From: a virus
Direction: 5' to 3' (one strand)
IMG/VR virus record: IMGVR_UViG_3300027861_000010
Length of the DNA stretch: 64,000 nucleotides
Positions 17,637-27,911 of this stretch are shown one piece after another; position 1 is the stretch's first letter; every line of letters begins with the position of its first letter. The notes under the pieces are model-generated. The model was given only the letters and a program-made list of their open reading frames with translations, was not told where the DNA came from and ran no database searches. The translations under genes and the position numbers were made by a program.

Positions 17637-18333
17637 CAAGCTCGGACTTCTTGTGCACCAATGGTCCATACCATCCGGCTTGCGGCACATCTGCGTCGGG
17701 GCATCAGAAATCTGTCTGATGCTTTGCTACGCCATGCGGCATCACTACTGTCGTGACAGTGTGAAGGATGCACTGCAAGCTAATTACAAAGAGTCACTGC
17801 GAAAGGATTTCGTGGCGATCATGTGTGGATGGATCCGATCGTTATTTGCACGAGTAGTTCGAGTCCACGCCAGTGGAGAGTTCTACAGTGAAGAGTATGT
17901 CAGGAAGTGGATCAGAATAGTAAAGCAGAACCCACGCATTGTGTTCTACGCTTACACTCGAAGCTGGTCTGATCCTGACATTTACCTAGCCCTCAAAGAG
18001 TTGGCCAAGCTGCCAAACTTCATCATGTGGTGGAGCTGTGACCGGGCAACCGGTGCTCCGCCGCGGAACCGTGGGATACGTCGAGCGTATCTCATGATCT
18101 CGGACGAAGACATTCCGAAGTTCAAGGTAGATCTTGTCTTCAGGAACAAACCGAAAACCGTCATGAAGTGGGTCAAAGGTGCTTTAGTTTGTCCGCCTGA
18201 AAACGGAGTGACTGAGACTACCTGCAGTTTGTGTCAGCTTTGCTTCAAACGGGACGCGATTCCCGAAAGGAAGGAAGATGTCCAAACAACTCGAGAAACA
18301 CGGGATCGAAGTCGACGCTTACCGGTCGCCTGA
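17614..18333 (+). CDS. Phage Gp88-like (radical-SAM-related) protein
   Basis: GNNKLG..WSIP..C.GAS..C...CYA, VRVHASGEFY, FYAYTRSW; AGGAGG RBS and GTG at 17614. Confidence 0.75.
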   Translation: MPLRPGNNKLGLLVHQWSIPSGLRHICVGASEICLMLCYAMRHHYCRDSVKDALQANYKESLRKDFVAIMCGWIRSLFARVVRVHASGEFYSEEYVRKWIRIVKQNPRIVFYAYTRSWSDPDIYLALKELAKLPNFIMWWSCDRATGAPPRNRGIRRAYLMISDEDIPKFKVDLVFRNKPKTVMKWVKGALVCPPENGVTETTCSLCQLCFKRDAIPERKEDVQTTRETRDRSRRLPVA

Positions 18334-18691
18334 GGATGACATCCTGGTGATCTACGTCGACACGCCCGGTATTGATGAGAATGAGAAAGGGCCGCTACTG
18401 CGTCTCTACCTCAACGATGACCCTGCCTTTGAGAACCCGGCTTACCCTGGAAGCAAGGAAGAACGTTGGAGGCCGGTGGAAATCGAACCAGTGGATCGTT
18501 TCGCAAAGCTGGCCTGGTGTGCTGGCGATGTAACGTCGCTGGACGAGTGGAATAACGACTGGGGCGACGAAGCCGCAGTAAAATTCCTGGAGCAAAACGG
18601 CAAAGCTCTGCAAGATCGGCTATGTCAGGTTGGTTTCGAGGTCATAGGAGATCTACTTTCCAGCTGGAGTCCGGAGGATCCCGATGAGTGA
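18278..18691 (+). CDS. Hypothetical protein
   Basis: AAGGAAG RBS; 137 aa. Confidence 0.65.
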   Translation: MSKQLEKHGIEVDAYRSPEDDILVIYVDTPGIDENEKGPLLRLYLNDDPAFENPAYPGSKEERWRPVEIEPVDRFAKLAWCAGDVTSLDEWNNDWGDEAAVKFLEQNGKALQDRLCQVGFEVIGDLLSSWSPEDPDE

Positions 18692-19337
18692 GTTCGAGAA
18701 GAAGTACCTAGAGTCAGCTCAGCGTCGGTTCGCTGAGCACATCGAGAAGACTCCTGAGTATGTCGTCCAGCAAATCCACCGGGACGACGATATTGTCAAA
18801 CTCTGGCGATGCGGCAAGCCTCAGTCGTCTACCTACATGTTCTACATCTGCTCAGCTCCAAACTGCCTGATGGTGTACGGAGACATGGGTGAGTACATGT
18901 GGCAGTACATGCGGCAGCGGCACTACGACATGCTCCCGTTCATTCGAGGTGCCATCGGCTCGTTGAGTTACTTCAGCGAAAAAGTTCCCAACGGGATCAA
19001 GATTAAGGATGACCAACCGGAACTCGTAGAGGAATGGTTCGCAACAGTCAAACAAGAACGTATCGACTACGGTGAAGAGTGGACGGATAAGAAAGAGGAA
19101 GCTCTCTCTGAACTCCGCGACACTTGGAGCTGCAACGAAGATGTGACTCAATTCAAGTGGGCACTATACGATTCGGATCTCTACAACGATCACGAAGACG
19201 TGCCCCGCACTGAGTTCTACACGTTCCACTACCTGTGGACGATCGAAGGACTCAAGTGGTTCATCAAACAGTTAGACGAAGGGAAAGTGCTTCCGTATGT
19301 CGAAAAAGAAAAAGAAGCAAAAACCGATGATACTTGA
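18684..19337 (+). CDS. Hypothetical protein
   Basis: GGAGG RBS; VYGDMGEY and YFSEK pattern of a phage family. Confidence 0.7.
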   Translation: MSEFEKKYLESAQRRFAEHIEKTPEYVVQQIHRDDDIVKLWRCGKPQSSTYMFYICSAPNCLMVYGDMGEYMWQYMRQRHYDMLPFIRGAIGSLSYFSEKVPNGIKIKDDQPELVEEWFATVKQERIDYGEEWTDKKEEALSELRDTWSCNEDVTQFKWALYDSDLYNDHEDVPRTEFYTFHYLWTIEGLKWFIKQLDEGKVLPYVEKEKEAKTDDT

Positions 19338-19512
19338 AAGTCACTGGGATGTGTGCTCTGAGTATCCGCCTGAAGATTGGCGAGACGAAGTCGCCAATGA
19401 TGATACCCGGCTTGGTTACCGGGAGTGGGTCGAACATCAGATCGAATCGAATGACGACTCTGATCTGACTGAAGCTGAGGAGGAGGCGATGCGGATAAAT
19501 AAGAAAGGCTGA
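19327..19512 (+). CDS. Small acidic hypothetical protein
   Basis: ATG at 19327; WRDEVANDDTRLGYREWV. Confidence 0.6.
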   Translation: MILESHWDVCSEYPPEDWRDEVANDDTRLGYREWVEHQIESNDDSDLTEAEEEAMRINKKG

Positions 19513-19533
19513 CCCGTTTCCGAGTCAGCCTTT
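19504..19533. terminator. Probable bidirectional terminator between convergent genes
   Basis: AAAGGCTGAC-10 nt-GTCAGCCTTT perfect 10-bp stem. Confidence 0.75.
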
Positions 19534-19564
19534 CCAGTCAGGATCCCGAGGAGGAGGGAGCTGA

Positions 19565-20734
19565 TCACTGATACGCTTCGGCCAAAGCCTCTAGCGTTGC
19601 GTTGTCGATTGGATCAAAGGATGCGTCCTTGTTCATTTGTGGATGCTGCCCTGATTCCCCAAGTAGGGTTTCGAGTAGCTCCGCATCTGGACGAGGTAAG
19701 GTGTGGGCGACTTCGGCCAACTTCTCGGCATCAACATCGAGCCCTGTGCAGACCTCATTTGCGAAATCAGTTCCAAACAAGCCCTCAACATCATTTCTCG
19801 CGAGCTTGGAGAGCTGCTCTTTGTCGTAAATGCTGCCCGTCTGTAGGGCACACAGTTGGGCGTGATCGGACGCCGCTTTCGTGTACGTCACTTTGAAGAT
19901 CACGTCTTCGGGCCGAGGTAGGATTTCTGTGTATTTCCCCTTGAGCCCGATGGCGTGGTCAATCATGTCGACCGTGGTTGCCAACTTAACGAGTTCGTTA
20001 GGTTGCAGAGCAACTCGTGGAGTGTTCTTGACAGCTTCTGCCAACTTCATGATTTCCGAAGCATGCTTTTCGCTGGCCAGCTTGGCTCGGCGTTCCAGCA
20101 TAGTGTAAACCTCAGGAGGATCAGGAATGCCCCGGCCAGCCTGTTGTTCAACAAAGTCTGTCAGATGTTCGCCGAGGGCTGCACCCTTAGCCGCTGCTTT
20201 TTCAAGGATCTTGTTGGCGATCGTGTTGCGGTTGTGGAACGGAATCGCATCGCGTTCTTTGTGCAACCATTCAGCAGCAACTTTGATGTTTGCAGTTGTG
20301 TCGAGTGGATAGTACCGTTCTTTGGTACCATCATTGGCTTGCCAGACATAAGCGTAACTACTGTCCGGCAAGGCGTTGTCGGCTCGAAGTTCATCGGCTC
20401 GTTTTACGATCGCGTCGTAAGCAGGGCGGATCGCGAAGTAGTCGGCAAGCTTTTCAAACCGTTCACAAATGTGTGTTCGGTCTTTAATATGGTATTCTGC
20501 AGACTTCTCATGGAAGTAAACGGCAGAAAGCCAGGTCGCCGCAGCATTGTGACAGGCGTACTTTTTTCTCACTGGATCAGCGTAAGCTGTAACAGCGATT
20601 TGGCCTGGCTCCGTTGTTGCATCAAGATCAGCTTCTTTGACGAACTGTGGAAAATCATATCGTTGAGCCAACTTGACGAGTTCGACGCGGTTGCGGTCGT
20701 CAGTCGGGTCCAGAATAACAGAAGGTGAAGGCAT
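19565..20734 (-). CDS. Hypothetical protein (possibly virion/assembly), two R(K/Y)Y(P/A) repeats
   Basis: Long minus-strand ORF, probable start MPSPSVILD at 20734; segments YADPVRKKYACHNAAA and TKERYYPLDTTANIKVAAEW resemble each other. Confidence 0.7.
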   Translation of the reverse strand: MPSPSVILDPTDDRNRVELVKLAQRYDFPQFVKEADLDATTEPGQIAVTAYADPVRKKYACHNAAATWLSAVYFHEKSAEYHIKDRTHICERFEKLADYFAIRPAYDAIVKRADELRADNALPDSSYAYVWQANDGTKERYYPLDTTANIKVAAEWLHKERDAIPFHNRNTIANKILEKAAAKGAALGEHLTDFVEQQAGRGIPDPPEVYTMLERRAKLASEKHASEIMKLAEAVKNTPRVALQPNELVKLATTVDMIDHAIGLKGKYTEILPRPEDVIFKVTYTKAASDHAQLCALQTGSIYDKEQLSKLARNDVEGLFGTDFANEVCTGLDVDAEKLAEVAHTLPRPDAELLETLLGESGQHPQMNKDASFDPIDNATLEALAEAYQ

Positions 20735-20795
20735 CGTGAGTCTCCTCGACATCCATGCGAATATCACGTATTCGACAATCGCTCCCCTAATTGGG

Positions 20796-22985
20796 ATGGA
20801 GCCGATCTCGAAATACACAGTGGCTGCAAAATGCCCGTACTGCGGGGCACACGCTTGGGCCATCCAACAGGATAACAGAAACCTTGAAGAATGGCATTAT
20901 TGTTCCCAGTGTAAAGCCTCAGGAAGCATCATTGCAATGGCAGCTGAGCGACTTGAGATGACAGAAGTCGAGGCTGTGGAGTATTTTGCAGAGCAGCTGG
21001 ACACGCCATTTTCGTTCAAAGACATGCAAGCCTACCGCAAGTCGCTTGACTTCGTCCAGAAGCATAAACAGTTTTGGCAGTACGCCAGTGAGAACCTTCG
21101 CAAGCCTACCCAGGACCAGCTGATATATCTCAACCGCATTGGCTGGCACAAACGCTCACCAATGAGCGACGAAAGGCTGATGAACGGTCCTGCTCAGCTC
21201 TACGGCTTGGCTGACCCTCGTGTAGCTCAAAAGTACCTAAAGAAGCAGTTTCGACGCCGTGAAGTCCTGGCTGTCGTACCGTTCTTCCGCACACCGACGG
21301 CGATTGGCGGATTTGCTTGCTTGTCGCCGACTCAGGACATCCACACCAATACTGGTCGGGGCCGAGCAGAGGCAAGTAAAGGCGAACCAGGCTTTGCTGG
21401 ATTACAGTTTTTGAGCCGCATGCCGTCAGACGTATTGGTCGCCACGTCCATGCTGAAAAACATGATTCAACTCCAGATGCACCACTTTTCGTCGAGTGAC
21501 TCGCCACTGCCGATTGTGAGCTGGAGGTTGCACGGCACGTCAGAGCTGCATAAACAGTGGTCGTCTCTGGAGGGTAGGCAGGTTGTTATCTGGGAGCGAG
21601 AACCCACAGCACCGATGCTGCATCAGGCCATGATGTGTAATGCGAACATTTCATTCGTCGGCCCTGAGACCAAGAGGCAAAAACCTAAAGAGGTAAAAGG
21701 TGCTCGCTGGAAAGCCTGGGTCAGTCACGATCCGGCCATAGACATCTGGCGAAGGATCGTTCGCACGTCGAGGCCTTATGAGCAGGCTCTGAAAAACTGG
21801 GCCAGGCTGGCTACCCCGCAACAACAAGTCAAACTGCTACAGGATGCTGAACAATACGAGGTAGAAACAGCCCGGTTGGTACGCAGCGTGCTGAAGCCGA
21901 AGGTCAGTGTCAAAGTTGGAAAAAAGATTACAGTTGGTACCAGTTCCACTCGCGAACGACCTCGAACCACGACCGGTAAAACTACCGTAATTGAACGAGA
22001 CGGTAAGTGGTACAGCCGGGAAGGTCGAATTCGACTGTCTGGCGTGGTGCGAGTAACTCACGTCGTTGCCCGTCCGTCCGGTCATCAGGATTATGTCGGT
22101 TTCCTGGAAGCTGACGGTCAGAAGTTTGACTTTCAGGTTCCAGTTAAAAAGGCAACAGCCCAGTGGCTACGAGACTTCGGACTAGGCAATGGTGTTTACC
22201 TTTACGAACACCATGGAGCTCATCGCAACCAGAATGACCTGTCGTCTCGCTTCAACCCGTTCGAGGCTGCTATTCAGTTTCAGATACCCGAAGTAGTGAA
22301 AGGTGTTGACTCCGTCGGCTGGGACGGCACTGGGTTTCAATTCCATGGAGCTCACTTAGAGAACGGGGTGTTCCATCAAAATCCAGATTTTAAGCTGCCA
22401 GTCAAAGCTCCAGGCCCTAAGCAGAACTATTGTCGAATGCGAGAGGAGGTTAAAACGGCTCTCGCCAAAGAAGGGAAAGAGATGTCGATCGTGTGGGCAA
22501 CCGCTATCGCCGTCTGTGCTCAAGTGACCGCTCCAGTGGTCGAGCTGCATCCGTTTGGCATTTGGATCCATCGTAAGCAATGCGATTTGTTCCTTCAGAC
22601 GCTTTACAATCGCTTTGATATTTACCGCGGTGACTATACGGCCTGGAAGCACCGTTGGCCGCGACGGCTGGATAAGTGGCATCAAGCTATCAAGAAGGAC
22701 GACACAGGTTTCTTTGTCACACACTACCAGTCGCAGCCTACAAAAGAGATTCAAGAGCTGTTGGTAGTAGAAGCCAATGACGAGGACTTACAGCCTCGAA
22801 TGATCACACACAGTGCTGACAAGATCGTGCTCAACTACCTGCGACACTTCAGTCAACTCGACCACAAGTTCCCAGGTGACTGGAAGACTTGGGTTGAGCA
22901 CACTGTTGCAGGCATGCATGAAGTGTTTGACTTCGTAGATACCGCAGCATTCCGCCAGGCTCCTGAACGAGTGAAAGTTGTTTAA
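20796..22985 (+). CDS. Primase-like zinc-finger protein with degenerate Toprim/DUF927-like regions
   Basis: CPYC...WHYCSQCKASGSIIAMA resembles the CHC2 primase Zn domain; DSVGWDGTGF resembles DUF927; no P-loop seen; start uncertain (20736 or 20796). Confidence 0.55.
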   Translation: MEPISKYTVAAKCPYCGAHAWAIQQDNRNLEEWHYCSQCKASGSIIAMAAERLEMTEVEAVEYFAEQLDTPFSFKDMQAYRKSLDFVQKHKQFWQYASENLRKPTQDQLIYLNRIGWHKRSPMSDERLMNGPAQLYGLADPRVAQKYLKKQFRRREVLAVVPFFRTPTAIGGFACLSPTQDIHTNTGRGRAEASKGEPGFAGLQFLSRMPSDVLVATSMLKNMIQLQMHHFSSSDSPLPIVSWRLHGTSELHKQWSSLEGRQVVIWEREPTAPMLHQAMMCNANISFVGPETKRQKPKEVKGARWKAWVSHDPAIDIWRRIVRTSRPYEQALKNWARLATPQQQVKLLQDAEQYEVETARLVRSVLKPKVSVKVGKKITVGTSSTRERPRTTTGKTTVIERDGKWYSREGRIRLSGVVRVTHVVARPSGHQDYVGFLEADGQKFDFQVPVKKATAQWLRDFGLGNGVYLYEHHGAHRNQNDLSSRFNPFEAAIQFQIPEVVKGVDSVGWDGTGFQFHGAHLENGVFHQNPDFKLPVKAPGPKQNYCRMREEVKTALAKEGKEMSIVWATAIAVCAQVTAPVVELHPFGIWIHRKQCDLFLQTLYNRFDIYRGDYTAWKHRWPRRLDKWHQAIKKDDTGFFVTHYQSQPTKEIQELLVVEANDEDLQPRMITHSADKIVLNYLRHFSQLDHKFPGDWKTWVEHTVAGMHEVFDFVDTAAFRQAPERVKVV

Positions 22986-24949
22986 CCTTCCCAGTCCAGG
23001 ATCTGTTTGCCGCGTGTTGACATTATGACTTCCTCGCTAATCTGAATGTCTTCGTAAGCAGACAAATCAGGCCAACGACCGTGCATTTGGAACAGCATCA
23101 TAGTTCCCATGGTCACAGCTTGAGCGAAGTCATCTGGCCCTGCCGGGTCTCGAAGAATTTTATAACTGTCGCGACCTCCCCCTGACTCTCCTTTGTCTTC
23201 AATCAAGTTCAAGAAGTCGTGCAGTAAGCCAACATCTTCGCCACCTCTGTAGTCGTACTTAAAGAATCGTACGATATTGGACTTTATGAACTGGCAGGTG
23301 TAGTTAATAGCCCGGTTACGGTCCATTGTGTAATGGGCTCGAGGGTGGTTGTCTGTTGGTGGCTTGAAAATGATCAATCCACCCTTGGCTGGACCGGTAT
23401 AGGCTACGGGCAGGATGTTGTTCATCCCCAGGCCAGCTTGACGCATGATCGTCTCGCGAACAGTACCAGCACCAGTGTAATCGTGAACCAGGTGACTGCA
23501 TTTGAATGTGGACATCACGCCCATGACAACCTTGGCTTCACGAACGTGGTCATGCGGGTTCATGCTGCGGTAACCATAAATTACATCTACCCGTCCGTCA
23601 GGCCGCAAACCACAAACAGCGATCGAAGTGTATGACTGCAGGGCCAAGTCGCTTTTGCCTTTGCTCACACCGCCACCACCCCAGTCAACCGAACAGAAGC
23701 GAAACAGGTAGCCGTCAATATGATCTCGGGCTTGGTCGACAGTGCGTTTCCAAGGCAAACAGGCGGCTTTCTTCAGATCAGTTACTGTGACTAACTTGGA
23801 TCCGCTGTCCCAGGATTCTCCGCAGACTTCGTTATAAAAAACGTGAACTGGAGTGTTGCCTTTACCGATCATCTTGTCGTTGAGCTTCTGCCACTTTTCC
23901 GGATCAGCATAATGCATCGGCATGATGATCTGAGGGACGTGGTAGCCAGCAAACGACCAACGTTTATCCTGATGGCGATGTACCCAGCGGCCTGTGCCTC
24001 CCTGGTAAGGTGGTCGCGGATTGATTGGCTTCGCACATTTGGCACAAATCACGCCAGGCCGAAACTCACTGATATCTGGATGCGGTGGCCCGATCATCTT
24101 CATCAGGTCGTATTCCAGTGCCGGAATGTTCCAGTGGCGACAACCAGGGTGGTGGCATTTGACCATCCACTCCGCCATGGAGGAGTCAGTCCACAGTCGC
24201 TCGATTGTGTTATCGAGCGTCTTGGGAGTACCGGCATATTGAATAAGCCCCCAGTCCCGAGACGCTGAGACAGTCTCGTGAATAATCGGCAAGAACGAGA
24301 TATCCATATCCTGGATCTCGTCGATGACATTCTTGTCCGCCGAAATACCGCGAGTACGTTCCGCATCCAGATATGCGAACGAGAAAATCATCTGGCTGCG
24401 ATTCTTAAAGGACCGCTGCAAGACATTGTTGATCGTCGAAGTCCCTGAGAACAGCTTCCCGACGGGGCTGGTTTCGATGAAGGGAGCGACGTAGTTCTGA
24501 GAAAAACGTCGGATCATCTCAAACAGAGGAGTGATGAATAATGTGGAAAAGTAAGGGATGCAATTGGAAAAGAGGACCCCCTGTGACGCCAGCGACGTGG
24601 ACTTGGAGACCTGGCGACCGGTCTTCAACAAAGTCATTCGTGGCATCCGCGTCCTAAAAAAAGGAGCAAATGGAAAGTGGTCGTGTAAGTGATATGGCTT
24701 ACCGCGAATCGACAACAATAAAGGGAGGATTGGTTTCAGTGTCGTGTTGCCCGATTGGTGCATCACGTACTGAGCCGCCCGTAGGCGTTGAATGATTGGG
24801 TCGTCTGTTGGAGCAGGTCTAAAGTCCTTCAACAGCGGCGTATCAAGCAACTCCTCGATCTTGACGTTGTACGGATCGTGAGCCTTTTCTTCTGCCAGGA
24901 CCTGACTGGAAGTACGCCTGGCTTTTTTAATATCTTCGTAACTTGTCAT
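22982..24949 (-). CDS. terL: Terminase large subunit (GpA-like)
   Basis: Walker A KTGRQVSKST, RGISADKNVIDEIQD Walker B region, GTPKT coupling motif, nuclease CSVDWGGG and C-terminal PDDFAQA. Confidence 0.88.
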   Translation of the reverse strand: MTSYEDIKKARRTSSQVLAEEKAHDPYNVKIEELLDTPLLKDFRPAPTDDPIIQRLRAAQYVMHQSGNTTLKPILPLLLSIRGKPYHLHDHFPFAPFFRTRMPRMTLLKTGRQVSKSTSLASQGVLFSNCIPYFSTLFITPLFEMIRRFSQNYVAPFIETSPVGKLFSGTSTINNVLQRSFKNRSQMIFSFAYLDAERTRGISADKNVIDEIQDMDISFLPIIHETVSASRDWGLIQYAGTPKTLDNTIERLWTDSSMAEWMVKCHHPGCRHWNIPALEYDLMKMIGPPHPDISEFRPGVICAKCAKPINPRPPYQGGTGRWVHRHQDKRWSFAGYHVPQIIMPMHYADPEKWQKLNDKMIGKGNTPVHVFYNEVCGESWDSGSKLVTVTDLKKAACLPWKRTVDQARDHIDGYLFRFCSVDWGGGGVSKGKSDLALQSYTSIAVCGLRPDGRVDVIYGYRSMNPHDHVREAKVVMGVMSTFKCSHLVHDYTGAGTVRETIMRQAGLGMNNILPVAYTGPAKGGLIIFKPPTDNHPRAHYTMDRNRAINYTCQFIKSNIVRFFKYDYRGGEDVGLLHDFLNLIEDKGESGGGRDSYKILRDPAGPDDFAQAVTMGTMMLFQMHGRWPDLSAYEDIQISEEVIMSTRGKQILDWEG

Positions 24950-24962
24950 CAAGGAGTGCCAA

Positions 24963-25136
24963 ATGAAGTACGAAACTGACAAACCCAGTGAGGTGATCTA
25001 TGCGTTTTTGCACGCGATAGCAACCATCTGTACCAACATAGTCAAGCTCATCTTCGGATGTCTCTGGCTGGTTGGCGACCGGGTGGTTAAACTGATAACC
25101 AGTGAATCAGCAAAGGCTGACTCAGAAAACAGCTGA
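24963..25136 (+). CDS. Small membrane protein
   Basis: 57-aa ORF with hydrophobic stretch, translated by hand (below the track cutoff). Confidence 0.45.
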   Translation: MKYETDKPSEVIYAFLHAIATICTNIVKLIFGCLWLVGDRVVKLITSESAKADSENS

Positions 25137-25526
25137 CATTCTACTCGTGGGGAGGCCAACATGCCATCTCGTAGTCCTTTCGCGTTCCAACGCCGAAAAC
25201 AAATGCGACCGCTAGATTGGCCGTCGCCGAGGTTTTCTCCGAGCCAATTACTCGTACATCAGTACCCCGATCCTGAGGGTAAATCTACGAAAGAATTGGT
25301 TGCAGGCGAAGGGGCACCTCCCTCTGATAGAGTACAGCTGAATGACTGGTCTCCTCCGATACAATCGGAGGAATAAGTGTGGACCGTGGTATTGCCCTCT
25401 GGTCCCTGTGTTTTCTGATCGCCTTTGTAGTGATGCTGATAATGGGAGAGGTAGGCCTCAGCCTGCTTGTTCTCCTGTTGTTGTTCATCGGGCTAGATTT
25501 TAACGGTCATTGATACTGGGATTAGA

Positions 25527-25877
25527 ATGAACTTGATTGTTGCCGCTCTGGCTACCTGGCAGATCATCGAAATCTGGCACCATTCTCTACTAATGGCCCC
25601 GTTACGTTCTCGAACTGAGATGTGGACGGGTAAGTTGGGAGAGCTTCTGAGCTGTCCGTTCTGTTTGTCTCCCTGGGTCGCATTGCTTTGCACTGCGGCA
25701 CTTGGATTGGCAGAGTATGGGTTGGCGGGTCGATGTGGTAGCGTAATCATCTACGCCTTTGCCGCTGCTCGACTCGCCAACCTGGGCAACGATTTTTTCA
25801 AGCAATACGACCTAACCCCGAAGGTAACCTTCGATTATGACGACGAATCAGACGGATACGGAGACTCCGTTGGATGA
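25527..25877 (+). CDS. DUF1360-like membrane protein
   Basis: LATWQI...GELLSCPFCLSPW with transmembrane segments. Confidence 0.7.
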   Translation: MNLIVAALATWQIIEIWHHSLLMAPLRSRTEMWTGKLGELLSCPFCLSPWVALLCTAALGLAEYGLAGRCGSVIIYAFAAARLANLGNDFFKQYDLTPKVTFDYDDESDGYGDSVG

Positions 25878-26226
25878 CGAGCAACAAAAGCTCATGTTCG
25901 ACGAGAATCTCAATCAAGTATTTCGCGAAGCGTGCCAGAAGGCTTTCCTTCAGGTGCCTGAGCTTCGCAGCGTGGTTGTAGTCTACGACTACTACCGCAA
26001 TTTGAATGACATGGAGGGCATCAGCAAAGGACTTTGGTTGCATACGGAAGGCGGTAAAACCAAGCCTTCCGATTCAGTAGCTGGTTCGCTTGGAGCGACA
26101 TTGCAGGCAGCTGCTCACATCCTGGATGAGCAAATGCAGCTGTACGTGACGCTGACAAATCAACTGACTGAAGTTTCCAAAGCCCTGATGGAGAAACAGA
26201 ATGAGCTCGAAGCCAGCCAAGAATGA
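25837..26226 (+). CDS. Hypothetical coiled-coil protein
   Basis: 129-aa ORF. Confidence 0.6.
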   Translation: MTTNQTDTETPLDDEQQKLMFDENLNQVFREACQKAFLQVPELRSVVVVYDYYRNLNDMEGISKGLWLHTEGGKTKPSDSVAGSLGATLQAAAHILDEQMQLYVTLTNQLTEVSKALMEKQNELEASQE

Positions 26227-26800
26227 GGCACTCCAGGAGTCCCTCGATCAGTTGCTGGATAGGCTTGGTATCGAGAAATGGGATCTGCTCCTGATTGGAG
26301 ACGGTTCCGGCTCTAATTGGAATTTTGAATGTGGCTGGGGTTGTGTGTCGATTGAGCATGCAACCTTGGCACGAAAATCCTGGCACGGAGCCATGAGTGC
26401 TGGTACAGTTAACTTCGCAGAGATGATGGCTTATTTGCAGCCACTCTGCTGGTATGTGAATCGAGAAATGTTGCGGCGGAAGAAGGCCACTTATCAGGCC
26501 AAAGTCCGACACATCCACATCATCACCGATTCGCAATACGCGAAAAACAAGGGATCTAGTAAAGATCTTCTCTCAGGGAGGAACGGAGCCCTTTGGCAAG
26601 TGTTCAAACAATTCGGTGCCCAAGGTATGATGTTGCACTGGCACTGGATCAGACGAGAAACCGTCGCGTTGAATCAATTTGCCGATCAACTCAGCAAGAC
26701 TGCGAGGTTGAACCTTAAAGGCAAGGACTTGCCGACACGAGTCGAGGAAAAGTCCTTTGACCCCTCGAGGACAATCTACCAGTTTAACCCTTGTGAGTAG
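26201..26800 (+). CDS. rnhA: Ribonuclease HI-like protein
   Basis: Catalytic pattern IGDGSG / NFAEMMA / ITDSQY / WHWIRR..NQFADQLS. Confidence 0.8.
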   Translation: MSSKPAKNEALQESLDQLLDRLGIEKWDLLLIGDGSGSNWNFECGWGCVSIEHATLARKSWHGAMSAGTVNFAEMMAYLQPLCWYVNREMLRRKKATYQAKVRHIHIITDSQYAKNKGSSKDLLSGRNGALWQVFKQFGAQGMMLHWHWIRRETVALNQFADQLSKTARLNLKGKDLPTRVEEKSFDPSRTIYQFNPCE

Positions 26801-26803
26801 ATC

Positions 26804-27385
26804 ATGAACCAGTGGTGGCAGTATTGGCCTGGCTATTTCAAAGCCGAAGAGTGCAAAAAGATCATCGAGCTGGCAGAGACCCTGCCCGCTATTGATGGAA
26901 AAATCGGCCACTCTGCGGACCTTGTCGAAACGAACCATAACGTCAGGCGGAGCACAATCAGATGGCTGCCTCGATACGATGGTCGTTTCTTCAATCTCTT
27001 CGGGGCTATGGAGATGCTCTTCAATGAGGGCAACCGTAATGCCTTTGGTTTCGATCTCTCAATGTTTACTGAGATTCAATTCACAGAGTACGCCTCGGAA
27101 AACGAAGGCAAGTACGACTGGCACCACGATACCACCTGGGTTTCATCAAAGCTCCAACGTCGCAAGCTTAGCATGGTCATCCAACTTACTGATCCAGCCG
27201 CTTATGAAGGTGGTCGGTTTGAGCTGAGCAAGGCAGACTGCGACGAAGTCCCTGATCCAGAAAAAATTCTGCCGCAAGGCACTGTAATCGTATTCCCTGC
27301 ATTCTTGCGTCATCGCGTGACATCGGTGACCAAAGGCACCAGGCACTCCCTGGTTAGTTGGATGGAGGGTCCTTACTTTAGATAA
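26804..27385 (+). CDS. 2OG-Fe(II) oxygenase (prolyl-hydroxylase-like)
   Basis: YDWHHD, RKLSMVIQL, YEGG, VFPAFLRHRVTSVTKGTRHSLVSW. Confidence 0.9.
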   Translation: MNQWWQYWPGYFKAEECKKIIELAETLPAIDGKIGHSADLVETNHNVRRSTIRWLPRYDGRFFNLFGAMEMLFNEGNRNAFGFDLSMFTEIQFTEYASENEGKYDWHHDTTWVSSKLQRRKLSMVIQLTDPAAYEGGRFELSKADCDEVPDPEKILPQGTVIVFPAFLRHRVTSVTKGTRHSLVSWMEGPYFR

Positions 27386-27397
27386 AGGAGAAACTAT

Positions 27398-27730
27398 GTG
27401 ATTGATCCGTTAGACGAACTGATCAGCGACATCTTGGAAGATTCACCGAAGCCTCAGCCCTCAAAAGCTGAGGCTTCTGTCGTTGACACTCAAAGCGAAG
27501 AACCTCACGAGGAGGAAGATACGGACTTAACTTGGAAGAGAGTCCCAGCAAGGAAGCGAAATCCAACCTGCGGCACATGCCGAGCTAAACTCAAAGGCGG
27601 CACCTGGCATTGGTACTACAAGGACGACGATGGCGACATCTCCTGGTGGTGCTACAAATGTATGGCTTCCATTGACTGTCTACCTACAGAGGAGGAAATG
27701 AAACGTGCAGAAAAAAGTACCAAAGTTTGA
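27398..27730 (+). CDS. Zinc-finger hypothetical protein
   Basis: AAGGAG RBS; CGTC...CYKC. Confidence 0.65.
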   Translation: MIDPLDELISDILEDSPKPQPSKAEASVVDTQSEEPHEEEDTDLTWKRVPARKRNPTCGTCRAKLKGGTWHWYYKDDDGDISWWCYKCMASIDCLPTEEEMKRAEKSTKV

Positions 27731-27911
27731 CGTCAAGTCTGAGAGGAATGACATCAGCACTCAGGTACGAGTGCAGCAACTCGAAAACGGGTTTGTCGTG
27801 AAGACCGGCAACAAACCTATCCATTATCCAACAATCGAAGAAGCCGCTGACGCTATAAAAGCCGGTCTGATTGCAGCAAAGTGGCCCAACGGAGAAAAAC
27901 GACATGACTGA
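27705..27911 (+). CDS. Hypothetical protein
   Basis: GGAGG RBS and GTG. Confidence 0.55.
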   Translation: MQKKVPKFDVKSERNDISTQVRVQQLENGFVVKTGNKPIHYPTIEEAADAIKAGLIAAKWPNGEKRHD

